From Candidatus Pelethocola excrementipullorum (lineage in GTDB: Bacteria; Bacillota; Clostridia; Lachnospirales; Lachnospiraceae), in assembly GCA_018714325.1 (NCBI GenBank), contig DVNN01000250.1, forward strand, positions 1-47,707: a stretch of DNA of 47,707 nt, written 5' to 3'. A model generated the notes under the pieces. The model worked only from the letters and a program-made list of their open reading frames with translations, was not told where the DNA came from and did not search any database. How positions within the stretch are numbered: the first letter of the stretch is position 1; the number at the start of each line of letters is the position of its first letter. Both the position numbers and the translations under genes were made by a program. Of the stretch, positions 10,021 through 19,315 are shown piece after piece.

Positions 10021-10905
10021 TTATGGAAGGAGGGTCTGCCTTTTATAGGCGCGGGGAGACATCCCGTAGTATCTTCTAAATGCAGTGGAAAAGTGTTCCA
10101 CAGAGGAGTAACCAAGGGAAAGTGCCACATCCGTGATTGTATTCTCTTCCTCATGAAGTAAAATCGAGGCGGCAGACATCTTCGCCTCGGTTTTTTTCTG
10201 CAGAAATGTCATCCCATAATGTTCCCGTAAGATACGCTCTGTCTGGCGCTGACTTAAGCCCAGGCGGGTCGCCAGAATCTCCAATGTTAGATCATGATAC
10301 TCATAGAGGAAACATTCCTCGATAATCAGGTAATTTCGATCGGTGAGTGAGGCGGGTTCAAAGAAGGAATAGCTTTCTTTGGCTCTTTCATAATTCCTTA
10401 CCGAAAGAACCAAAAGCTGGGTGAGCAAAGTGTTGACCTGAGTCATATAGCCTGTATTTCTGCCGTCCAGTTCATGGAAGATATTTTGCATCAACCCGTG
10501 AATATTCTGGGTGTCCTGTCCAAAAAAGGAAGGTGTGTTTAGAAAACGCTCTAAGAATCCGGGATTCTTATTGTGTTTTAATTCTGCCGCCTTCGTATCA
10601 AATTTTAGATAGATACAGTATTCGGCGATAGGGTCCGAGGAGTCAGAAAATTGGGAATGCTCCACATGAGGACCTGTGATGAAGAAGGAATTGGATGCTA
10701 TCTCATAAGGCTTTTTGTCCAAAGTGATATGTCCCTTACCATATGCGATATAATGAATCTCCCAACTGTTACTACTGTGGCTGTGGCTGGGAAAAGAACG
10801 TTGATATTGTTCAAAAGACAGCTTCAAGGCATGGCAATGTACCTTTCCCAGAGAAAAGGTGATGTTCAATTTGTCATAAAATTTTCCAATTGGCTGCCGT
10901 TTCAT
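10021..10905 (-). CDS. AraC family transcriptional regulator (cupin sensor plus HTH)
   Basis: HSH..WEIHYI cupin motif. C-terminal ITDVALSLGYSSVEHFSTAFRRYYGMSP. Confidence 0.93.
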   Translation of the reverse strand: MKRQPIGKFYDKLNITFSLGKVHCHALKLSFEQYQRSFPSHSHSSNSWEIHYIAYGKGHITLDKKPYEIASNSFFITGPHVEHSQFSDSSDPIAEYCIYLKFDTKAAELKHNKNPGFLERFLNTPSFFGQDTQNIHGLMQNIFHELDGRNTGYMTQVNTLLTQLLVLSVRNYERAKESYSFFEPASLTDRNYLIIEECFLYEYHDLTLEILATRLGLSQRQTERILREHYGMTFLQKKTEAKMSAASILLHEEENTITDVALSLGYSSVEHFSTAFRRYYGMSPRAYKRQTLLP

Positions 10906-11109
10906 AAGATATCACTTCCTATCTCAATAATAACTTCAGTCTATCATAATTTTCCTAAGGTCACAACTAAAACATGCGATAACACGACATGAATACCTCC
11001 AATTTGTCGCAAGTATCTCTTATGATTTGTTACCATCATGATATAATGGATGTATAGTTAATGGAAAATGCAAAAAGTGTATGATAGTAAATTTGGGAGG
11101 TAAACAAAC

Positions 11110-12192
11110 ATGGCAGTAAAAATGTTACCTAAAATGATGGTAGGAGCAACGCTTCCGGGAAATAGCACCGTGGAGATGAAGGATTTTGAGATTCCAAAAC
11201 CTGGTCATGGTCAGGTACTGATTCAGACAAAGGCAACCACAATCTGCGGCAGTGATATTCGCTGTATCTACCGTGAGCATGTGGGAAAAGGACCGGAAGG
11301 TTATATCCCCGGCATGGTGGCAGGTCATGAACCTTGCGGCCTTATCGTGGAAGAAGGAGAAGGGCTGAGACGCTTTAAAAAAGGGGACAGGGTCATCGTC
11401 TACCATATTTCAGGTTGTGGAGTATGTAACGACTGTCGCCGTGGATATTACATATCTTGTAAGAGTAAATACCGTCAGGCTTATGGATGGCAGAGAAATG
11501 GTGGCATGGCGCCCTATATTCTGGCAGATGAAAAAGATCTGGTGGCACTTCCTGATGAACTGACTTATAAGGATGGTGCCCAGGTAGCTTGTGGATTTGG
11601 TACTGTATACGAAGCAATTGAGAAAATTGGCATCTGCGGTAATGATGCGGTTCTTGTGACTGGCCTTGGTCCGGTGGGACTTGCGGCCCTGATGCTTGCC
11701 AAGTCCATGGGAGCCAATAAATTAATCGGTGTGGAGATGAATGACTATCGTATAGATCTGGCAAAGAAGCTGGGGCTGGTGGATGAGGTTTTCAAACCGG
11801 GTGATGATGCATTGGAGAATATCTTAAAGGCTACTGGGGGACATGGTGTTGAGAGAGCCATCGATGCAAGTGCCAATGATTCAGGACGTCAGCTTGCGAT
11901 CCGCGCCACCCGTGAATGGGGAAAAATTGCATTTGTTGGGGAAGGTGGAACCTGTTCCTTTAATCCAAGCCCCGACATCATCCATGGACAAAAGACCATC
12001 TTTGGATCATGGGTAACAAGTCTGTGGAGGATGGAAGAGCTGGTGGAACGTCTGGTCCGCTGGAATATACATCCTGAAGATTTGATTACACATGAATTCT
12101 CCATGGAAAATGCGGGAGAAGCATATAAACTGATGGCTGGAGGCAAATGTGGTAAGGTTGCAGTTGTATTCGGCGATCAGGATGAAAGGTAG
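11110..12192 (+). CDS. Zinc-dependent medium-chain dehydrogenase, E. coli YphC-like (probable sugar/polyol substrate)
   Basis: ICGSD, GHEPCG, structural Zn CGVCNDC..C, GLGPVG. LPGNSTV, AYGWQR and GSWVTSL segments recall YphC. Confidence 0.88.
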   Translation: MAVKMLPKMMVGATLPGNSTVEMKDFEIPKPGHGQVLIQTKATTICGSDIRCIYREHVGKGPEGYIPGMVAGHEPCGLIVEEGEGLRRFKKGDRVIVYHISGCGVCNDCRRGYYISCKSKYRQAYGWQRNGGMAPYILADEKDLVALPDELTYKDGAQVACGFGTVYEAIEKIGICGNDAVLVTGLGPVGLAALMLAKSMGANKLIGVEMNDYRIDLAKKLGLVDEVFKPGDDALENILKATGGHGVERAIDASANDSGRQLAIRATREWGKIAFVGEGGTCSFNPSPDIIHGQKTIFGSWVTSLWRMEELVERLVRWNIHPEDLITHEFSMENAGEAYKLMAGGKCGKVAVVFGDQDER

Positions 12193-12206
12193 AGAGGAGC
12201 ATCGAT

Positions 12207-13220
12207 ATGGGAAATGGTATAGATCCGGCAAGTGTCCCTCAAAGAACCTTATATACAGGGGTAAAAATGCCTGCAATAGGGATTGGTACCTTTGGTTCCG
12301 ATAAATATACGGCCGATCAGGTTTCTGATGCGTTATATGGGGCTGTTGCCGGTGGATATCGGCTGATTGACTGTGCATCAGTCTATCAAAATGAACATAA
12401 GATTGGAAAAGTAATTCATCGCCTGATAAAAGATCAGATTGTAAATCGTGAAGAATTGTTTATTACCAGCAAGGTATGGAATGACATGCATGGAGAGGGG
12501 GAGGTCATCGCTTCCTGCAAACAAAGTCTGAAAGATCTGGAACTTGAATATCTGGACTTATACTTTGTGCATTGGCCATTCCCTAACTATCATGCACCTG
12601 GTTGTGATGGGGATTCCAGAAATCCGGATTCCAAACCCTTTTCTGTGGAAGACTTTATGGAAGTCTGGAAACAGTGTGAACAACTGCTGGATGAAGGGTT
12701 GGTAAGGCATATTGGAATGTCTAATATGACAATCCCCAAATTGGAGGCGGTACTGCCTCATTGCAGAATTCAGCCTGCGGCCATTGAGATGGAGCTGCAT
12801 CCTGCATTTCAGCAGCCTGAATTGTTTACATATGCCACCGAGCGCCAGATTGTGCCAATCGGTTACTGTCCTATTGGTTCTCCATCTCGTCCTGAACGTG
12901 ACAGAGACGTGGAGGATGTGGTGGATACTCAGATGATTGAGATTGTGGAAATAGCGGAAGCACATAAGGTACATCCAGTGGAAGTCTGCCTGAAATGGGC
13001 GGTTCAAAGAGGACAGGTGCCAATTCCCTTTTCTGTTAAGGAATATCAGTATTTGAGCAATCTAAGGTGTGTGACAGAGGATCCTCTTACGGAAGAGGAG
13101 ATGGAGAGAATCCGGCTGGCGGATAAAAACTGCAGGCTTGTAAAAGGTCAGGTGTTTTTGTGGCCAGGGGCTAAAAGCTGGGAAGATCTGTGGGATCTGG
13201 ACGGAACGATCACGCAGTAA
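12207..13220 (+). CDS. Aldo/keto reductase
   Basis: IGIGTF, GYRLIDCASVY, LFITSKVW, DLYFVHWP, IGMSN. Confidence 0.93.
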   Translation: MGNGIDPASVPQRTLYTGVKMPAIGIGTFGSDKYTADQVSDALYGAVAGGYRLIDCASVYQNEHKIGKVIHRLIKDQIVNREELFITSKVWNDMHGEGEVIASCKQSLKDLELEYLDLYFVHWPFPNYHAPGCDGDSRNPDSKPFSVEDFMEVWKQCEQLLDEGLVRHIGMSNMTIPKLEAVLPHCRIQPAAIEMELHPAFQQPELFTYATERQIVPIGYCPIGSPSRPERDRDVEDVVDTQMIEIVEIAEAHKVHPVEVCLKWAVQRGQVPIPFSVKEYQYLSNLRCVTEDPLTEEEMERIRLADKNCRLVKGQVFLWPGAKSWEDLWDLDGTITQ

Positions 13221-13247
13221 TCAATCATATAAGTATAAATAGGTAAG

Positions 13248-13293
13248 AAAACCGCCGGAGGGTAAAGAAATTTACACCCCGGCGGTATTTTTT
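13248..13293 (+). terminator. Intrinsic terminator
   Basis: ACCGCCGG..GGTAAA / TTTAC..CCGGCGGT followed by a T-run. Confidence 0.8.
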
Positions 13294-13568
13294 CACATAT
13301 TTTATCCTCTATGCATACTATCTTACATGAATCATTTCCATCATAGTTGAATATAGGCCTTGCTTTTGGTAAATAATAAACGTAAAGAAGTCTTGTTTTA
13401 TAGTGTGAAAAACTTCTAAAAATTGATTAATTAAGAAAAAATTGTATAGATTCTTATTTTTAGGCAACCCTACTAATACAGAAAAACAGATGTGGCAGTT
13501 ATTGTCACGGAAAAGTTAGCGGTCGTCGAGACGGCGTTTTTTCAATAAAATTTGTAGAGGTGAATGAC

Positions 13569-14339
13569 ATGAAATCAAGACAGAGAACACTGCGTATTAT
13601 GCTGAGCGGCATTCTGCTGATGGCAACCCTTGCGTGCGGGGTGTATGTATACCGTTATGAAAGCAACAAGCAGGAAGAAGCACGAATCGAAAGTGCGAAA
13701 GAGGAAGAGGAAAAGGCTGCAAAGGAAGCTCAGGAAAAGGAAGAACTTACTGAGGATGCAAATACAGACAATGCCGAAGCACAGGTGCCTACAGAGACTC
13801 CTGCGGTTGAGTCCCAGGATAATGTAACAGAGACACAAACCCAGCCGGAAGCTGATGCAGCTGATGTAGATGCGGATACCACTGCATCCGATGCTGTACT
13901 CCCTGCACTGGATTTTAATGAAGGTACTTTATTGAACCTTCCGCTTTCAGGTGAAATATTGATTCCTTACAACATGGACAATACGGTATATTTTTCAACA
14001 CTGGATCTGTACCGCTGTAACCCTGCAGTCATGATTGCGGCTGAGATTGATACTCCGGTTGCGGTAGTGGCAAATAGTCAGGTGGCATCCATCAAAGAAG
14101 ATGCGGTTACAGGAACTACGGTTACCATGGATATGGGTAATGGTTACCAGGCGGTCTATGGACAGTTAAAAGACGTGAATGTGGAAGAGGGGCAGACGGT
14201 TGCCAGTGGAACAGTAATCGGCTCCATTAATGCACCTACCAAGTATTTCACAAAAGAAGGAACCAATCTTTATTTTTCACTTACAAAAGATGGATCCCCA
14301 TTGGATCCCAGCTTATATCTTCCTCCTGAAACAGAATAG
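13569..14339 (+). CDS. M23/LytM family protein with degenerate metal site, SpoIIQ-like
   Basis: N-terminal TM, acidic linker, C-terminal M23 fold (MGNGYQAVYGQL, VEEGQTVASG, PLDP). Near spoIID. Start at ATG 13569 after GAGGTG. Confidence 0.78.
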   Translation: MKSRQRTLRIMLSGILLMATLACGVYVYRYESNKQEEARIESAKEEEEKAAKEAQEKEELTEDANTDNAEAQVPTETPAVESQDNVTETQTQPEADAADVDADTTASDAVLPALDFNEGTLLNLPLSGEILIPYNMDNTVYFSTLDLYRCNPAVMIAAEIDTPVAVVANSQVASIKEDAVTGTTVTMDMGNGYQAVYGQLKDVNVEEGQTVASGTVIGSINAPTKYFTKEGTNLYFSLTKDGSPLDPSLYLPPETE

Positions 14340-14368
14340 ATTCAGCGGAGTTGATGCGTTAGAATAAA

Positions 14369-14437
14369 TAACACAGAAATTGCAGATTGATATGGGGTAA
14401 GTAAACTCATATCATCTGTGATTCCTGTGTTTTTTTA
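14369..14437 (+). terminator. Long hairpin terminator
   Basis: AACACAGAAATTGCAGATTGATATGG / CTCATATCATCTGTGATTCCTGTGTT followed by a T-run. Confidence 0.7.
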
Positions 14438-14582
14438 TATAAATAATTGAGCACATCATCTGTTCTTTATCTCTTTTATAAAAATATAGAAAACCCCTTG
14501 ATTTTTATTGAAACATGTCGTAGTATAGTTATTATAACAAGTAGTAATGAAAACTACATCATGAAGTTAAGGGGTGATTAGA

Positions 14583-15248
14583 ATGAAAAAATTAGGTATT
14601 AAAGATCCCGGGAGTGCAATTACCCATGGAATTGCTTGTGTTTTAGCCATACTTGGAGCGGCTCCGTTACTCAATAAGGCAGCCAGAGAGCCCGACCGTC
14701 TTCATATCATCGCACTTGGTATATTTATCCTCAGTATGATTCTGTTATATGCAGCCAGTACCATCTATCATTCTTTGGATGTGAATGAAAAGGTGAACCG
14801 CAGACTTAGAAAAATGGATCACATGATGATATTTATACTGATTGCCGGCAGTTATACGCCAATTTGTCTGATCGTTTTAAATGGCAGAACCGGTGTTATG
14901 CTCTGTGCAGCAGTATGGGCAGTTGCCTTGATTGGCATAGCGATTAAGGCATTTTGGATCACCTGTCCAAAATGGTTTTCCAGCGTCTTGTATATAGGAA
15001 TGGGATGGCTTTGTGTATTGGCATTTTCCCAGATCTTTCACGCAATGTCAAAGCAGGCATTTGGATGGTTGCTGGCAGGAGGAATTATCTATACAATAGG
15101 CGGAATCCTATATGCTTTTAAGACTCCGGAATTTGATGAAAAGCATAAGAAGTTCGGTTCCCATGAGATTTTTCATCTATTTATAATGGGGGGAAGTATC
15201 TGTCATTTTATTATGATGTATTTCTTCGTGGCGCCGATGCCTGTTTGA
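14583..15248 (+). CDS. Haemolysin III / PAQR (TrhA-like) membrane protein
   Basis: SAITHG, ASTIYH, DHMMIFILIAGSYTP, HEIFHLF..GGSICH; about 7 TMs. Confidence 0.93.
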   Translation: MKKLGIKDPGSAITHGIACVLAILGAAPLLNKAAREPDRLHIIALGIFILSMILLYAASTIYHSLDVNEKVNRRLRKMDHMMIFILIAGSYTPICLIVLNGRTGVMLCAAVWAVALIGIAIKAFWITCPKWFSSVLYIGMGWLCVLAFSQIFHAMSKQAFGWLLAGGIIYTIGGILYAFKTPEFDEKHKKFGSHEIFHLFIMGGSICHFIMMYFFVAPMPV

Positions 15249-15530
15249 TTAAATCTGGGATTCACCATGTGACCGTTCAAGAATCAACTTTAGTTTCCCC
15301 TGACGGTTTAAATGTTTGATTTCCCATTCCCTCCTCATGGCCTCTTCCTTGGTATGAAAGGTTTCATAGTAGACCAAAGTTACAGGTCGCCGGGCCTTGG
15401 TATATTTGGCACCTTTCCCTTCATTGTGTGCCTTGAGACGTTTATCCATATCATTTGTCCAGCCGGTATAGAGTGAATTGTCCTGGCACCGAAGAATATA
15501 GGTATAGTTGTTTTTGTCATTCATAGTCAT
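15249..15530 (-). CDS. GIY-YIG nuclease family protein (UPF0213/YazA-like)
   Basis: YTYILRC.D.SLYTGWT, RLKAHN.GKGAKYT, EAMRRE. Confidence 0.93.
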   Translation of the reverse strand: MTMNDKNNYTYILRCQDNSLYTGWTNDMDKRLKAHNEGKGAKYTKARRPVTLVYYETFHTKEEAMRREWEIKHLNRQGKLKLILERSHGESQI

Positions 15531-15561
15531 CCCTCAAGATAGGCGGTTGAAAAATTGAACA

Positions 15562-15644
15562 ATATGATAACTGGCTATTATATCTGATACATTTGCTGTC
15601 TTGTAAGGCAGTAAAGCATCGGATGTAATAGCCAGTTATTATGT
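15562..15644 (+). repeat. ~80-bp imperfect inverted repeat
   Basis: ATAACTGGCTATTA / TAATAGCCAGTTAT perfect arms plus inner stems. Most substitutions are G-U compatible on the + strand. Confidence 0.8.
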
Positions 15645-15864
15645 CAAATTTGTTTTAGAATTCCATTTCCCTGGGTTATGTAAGACCGCCGAAGCGGTCC
15701 TTTATGGTGAAGCAATCGATCAAAACTAGTATCTTACCCAGATGATTGTGCATGCACGGGCGCGCCTTTTGTTGTATAAAACCTCGATTGCGGGGTTTAT
15801 TATAGTATATGCAAAAAGACGTAAACTGCCAGTAGCAAGGCCTGTGCCTGTACAAAAATCAGTA

Positions 15865-16563
15865 TTAAAGTTTAAGGTTTTTAAACAGGGATCCCAGGTT
15901 CGTGGTCAGTTCTTCAGACTCCGGAATCTTGATGTTATCGATCTCAGCCTGCTCTGCCTTTTCAGCGTCTTCTACTAAGGCTTTGATAGAAAGGCTTAAC
16001 TTTCCTTCCTTAATTGCAATAACTTTGACTTTGACAGAATCTCCAATGCTTAATACAACAGATGGATCTTTAATCCGTGTATGGCTGATCTGAGAGATGT
16101 GTACAAGGCCGCTTAAATGGTCTCCCAGATTGATAAATGCTCCGTATGGCTGTATGCTCTCCACGGTGCCTTCCATCACGCTTCCGACTGCGATAGCACT
16201 GATTTTGGCCTTTTTCTCTTCATCCGCTTTTGCACGGAGAATCTCACGGCAGGAAAGGATTAAGCGGTTTTTCTCCTCGTCGATATCGAAAACCTGAACC
16301 TGGATTTCTTTTCCCAGGTATTCGTTCAAATCGTCGATGCGTCCCAAGGCTAATTTGGAAGCCGGGATAAAGCCCCTTACCCCTTCCACATAGGATACGA
16401 CTCCTTTGTTTACAATACCATCAACGGTTACGTCCAGGATGGTTTTAGCTTCTTTTAACTGTTTTAGATTTTCCCATGCCATCTGGTCTTCATCCTTAAA
16501 TGAATTGAAGGAATCATCCACTGCTTTAGAAAAATCGTCCATGGTCATGTTTTCTTCAGACAT
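15865..16563 (-). CDS. S1 RNA-binding domain protein (two S1 domains, short RpsA-like)
   Basis: GVRGFIPAS, LILS.R, GSVMEGTVESIQPYGAFI..GLVHISQIS. ATG 16563 after AAAGGAG. Confidence 0.9.
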   Translation of the reverse strand: MSEENMTMDDFSKAVDDSFNSFKDEDQMAWENLKQLKEAKTILDVTVDGIVNKGVVSYVEGVRGFIPASKLALGRIDDLNEYLGKEIQVQVFDIDEEKNRLILSCREILRAKADEEKKAKISAIAVGSVMEGTVESIQPYGAFINLGDHLSGLVHISQISHTRIKDPSVVLSIGDSVKVKVIAIKEGKLSLSIKALVEDAEKAEQAEIDNIKIPESEELTTNLGSLFKNLKL

Positions 16564-16925
16564 ATTATCCACTCCTTTTTTTGAAAATCATACATAGTAA
16601 TTGCGAAACTTCTTGGATATCAGAAGTCTCGCAATAACCTGAACTATTAAATATGTGTCTATTTTACCATAATTAAGGGGAAATAAAAACATTAAATTGA
16701 AAATTCTATTTACCAATCAAAAAATCAATGATACACTAATCATAGAAAGTTGGGAGAATGGGCATACAAATAGTGTGAATAAAAGCAGTTTTATACAGAA
16801 CGTTTGGGGCGTCTTTAAAAGCCCCTGTTTTATTTCTAAAAACAGCGTAGCTCAGCGAAAAGTTTGGATTGTGGATGTTTTGCAATGGAATCATGGGAAG
16901 GTTTGCAAAACGGGAGGAAGTAGTT

Positions 16926-18584
16926 ATGAAAAAAGAGAGTAAGATTTATGTGATCGGACATAGGAACCCCGATACGGATTCAATCTGTTCTGCCATTGCT
17001 TATGCGGATATTAAGAACCGTACTGAGAAAGGCAACTTTGTGGCGAAGCGTGCGGGGCAGATCAACGAAGAGACAGAATATGTCTTAAGCCGCTTTGGGG
17101 TGCGTGCGCCGGGGTACCTGCCAGATGCAGGAACACAGGTAAAAGAGATAGAGATCCATGAAATCCAAGGCGTAGAGGGAAGTATTTCGGTTAAGAGAGC
17201 CTGGGAGAGGATGCGTGCGGAGAACGTGGTAACCCTGCCGGTTACCAGTGAGAATAAAGATCTGTTAGGGATTATTACAGTCAGTGATATAGCTAAGTCC
17301 TATATGGATGCCTATGACAGTAGTGTTATGTCACAGGCAAAGACAAAGTACCACAGTATTGCCGAGACATTGGATGGAGAGGTGATGGTGGGAAATGAAC
17401 ATGGTTACTTTGTAAAGGGACGAGTGGTGATAGGAGCCTTTCATCCTGATATGATGGAGAATTATATCAATCAAGATGATTTGGTGATTTTGGGGAACAG
17501 GGCCGAGGATCAGCTCTGTGCCATAGAGATGGAAGCCAGCTGCCTTGTGGTAGGCCTGGGAGCCAAGGTATCGAAGAGCATTCAAAAGTTGGCGGAGGAT
17601 CATGACTGCGTGATTATCAGCAGCCCTCATGATACCTATACAATCGCCAGATTGATCAACCAGTCCATACCGATTAAGTATCTGATGACGAAGGATAATC
17701 TGATTACCTTTTCCACCAGTGATTTTGTGGATGAGATCAAAGACATTATGAAGACCCATCGTCACAGAGACTTTCCTATATTAAATAAGAAAAATAAATA
17801 CATTGGTACGATTTCCCGACGTAACTTGATTGGAAATGGAAAGAAAAAGCTGATTCTTGTTGATCACAATGAAAAATCACAGGCTGTTGACAATGTGGAA
17901 GAGGCTGAAATTCTGGAAATTATCGACCATCACCGTCTGGGTTCCTTGGAAACCATCGCGCCGGTGTTGTTCCGGAATCAGCCAGTGGGCTGCACGGCCA
18001 CCATCATGTATCAGATATACAAGGAGCGTAATTTGAAGATTCATCAGAATATAGCGGGAATCTTATGTGCTGCAATTATCTCCGATACCTTGATGTTTCG
18101 TTCACCCACCTGTACCGCTATAGATAAGGAAGCGGCCGGGAATTTGGCTGAGATTGCAGGAATTGAGATTGAGGAATTTGCCACGGAGATGTTCCGGGCT
18201 GGAAGTAACCTGAAGGATAAATCACCGGAGGAGATCTTCTATCAGGATTTCAAGAAGTTTATCGTGGAAGAGGCTACCTTTGGAGTCGGACAGATTAATT
18301 CTATGGATAGTGATGAATTGAAGAGTATCAAAACCCAGCTCCTGCCACAACTGGAAAGTGAGTGCCTGAAACATGGAATTCCCCAGGTGTATTTTATGTT
18401 GACTAATATTATTGAGGAATCCACGGAGTTGGTATACTTTGGAGAAGATACCAGGAGTCTGGTGGAACTGGCATTTCATCCGGAGCAAATAGATGACAGC
18501 AGTGCCATACTACCTGGTGTGGTATCCCGAAAGAAGCAGCTAATTCCCGGATTCATGCTGGCATTACAGCAGCAACAGATGTAA
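16926..18584 (+). CDS. ppaC: Manganese-dependent inorganic pyrophosphatase with CBS-DRTGG-CBS insert
   Basis: GHRNPDTDSICS, LVDHNE, IIDHH, ISDTL.F.SPT, VVSRKKQ. Start at ATG 16926 after GGAGG. Confidence 0.93.
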   Translation: MKKESKIYVIGHRNPDTDSICSAIAYADIKNRTEKGNFVAKRAGQINEETEYVLSRFGVRAPGYLPDAGTQVKEIEIHEIQGVEGSISVKRAWERMRAENVVTLPVTSENKDLLGIITVSDIAKSYMDAYDSSVMSQAKTKYHSIAETLDGEVMVGNEHGYFVKGRVVIGAFHPDMMENYINQDDLVILGNRAEDQLCAIEMEASCLVVGLGAKVSKSIQKLAEDHDCVIISSPHDTYTIARLINQSIPIKYLMTKDNLITFSTSDFVDEIKDIMKTHRHRDFPILNKKNKYIGTISRRNLIGNGKKKLILVDHNEKSQAVDNVEEAEILEIIDHHRLGSLETIAPVLFRNQPVGCTATIMYQIYKERNLKIHQNIAGILCAAIISDTLMFRSPTCTAIDKEAAGNLAEIAGIEIEEFATEMFRAGSNLKDKSPEEIFYQDFKKFIVEEATFGVGQINSMDSDELKSIKTQLLPQLESECLKHGIPQVYFMLTNIIEESTELVYFGEDTRSLVELAFHPEQIDDSSAILPGVVSRKKQLIPGFMLALQQQQM

Positions 18585-18596
18585 CGGGGGTGTAGG

Positions 18597-19190
18597 ATGG
18601 CAAAGCAATTATGGAAGCCCGGCAACATGGTTTATCCCCTGCCTGCAGTTATGGTGAGCTGCGGCAGGGAGGGAGAAAATCCCAATATCATCACCATCGC
18701 ATGGGCGGCAACTGTGAACACTTCACCGGCCATGACATCTATCTCCATACGTCCAAGCAGGTATTCTTATGATATTATTAAGGAAACTGGTGAATTTGTT
18801 ATTAATCTCACAACAAAGGATTTGGTTTATGCGGCGGATTACTGTGGGGTAAAGTCGGGCAGGGATGTGGACAAATTTGAAACTTTGAAGCTTACCCCTT
18901 GCAAATCGCAGGTTATTCATGCACCGGGTATCGAGGAAAGTCCCGTAAACATTGAATGTAAGGTAACTGAGATTAAACCATTGGGCAGTCATCATCTGTT
19001 TATTGCTGAGGTAGTCGGTGTCAATGTGGAGGAAAAGTATCTGGATGAGTCAGGTAAGTTTCACCTGAATGACACTGGTTTGGTGGCATATTCTCATGGT
19101 GAGTACTTCGAATTGGGAAAGAGCCTGGGAACCTTTGGATTTTCCGTTCGGAAGAAGGGTAAGCCTAAGAAAAAGTTTAAAAAGAGATAA
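18597..19190 (+). CDS. Flavin reductase family (flavoredoxin-like) protein
   Basis: YPLPAVMV, NIITIAW, GEFVINL, CGVKSGRDVDKF, ESPVNIEC, GSHHLFIAEV. Confidence 0.9.
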   Translation: MAKQLWKPGNMVYPLPAVMVSCGREGENPNIITIAWAATVNTSPAMTSISIRPSRYSYDIIKETGEFVINLTTKDLVYAADYCGVKSGRDVDKFETLKLTPCKSQVIHAPGIEESPVNIECKVTEIKPLGSHHLFIAEVVGVNVEEKYLDESGKFHLNDTGLVAYSHGEYFELGKSLGTFGFSVRKKGKPKKKFKKR

Positions 19191-19280
19191 AAAATGACGG
19201 CTAATTTTATTTTTTTGCGAAAAAAACCATGGAAAATGTTAAAAAAAGTGGAAAAAATATGAAAGTTTTCAATTTCAATC

Positions 19281-19309
19281 TTGCAAAATTCATTTTATTC
19301 GTATATAAT
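19281..19309 (+). promoter_or_regulatory. sigma-A promoter upstream of the gdhA leader
   Basis: TTGCAA-17 nt-TATAAT with an A/T-rich upstream region. Confidence 0.75.
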
Positions 19310-19315
19310 CGTGAT

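Noticed and set aside
14583-15248. Haemolysin III as a virulence toxin
   Set aside because: PAQR/TrhA-family membrane proteins are widespread in non-pathogens; the name does not imply haemolysis.
15249-15530. GIY-YIG gene as a homing endonuclease or defence nuclease
   Set aside because: It is the short, widespread UPF0213-type single domain with no intron or defence context.
15742-16942. Several short + strand ORFs around the S1 gene and before ppaC
   Set aside because: They are antisense to the S1 gene or lack an RBS, and have no motifs. The ppaC start is better placed at 16926.
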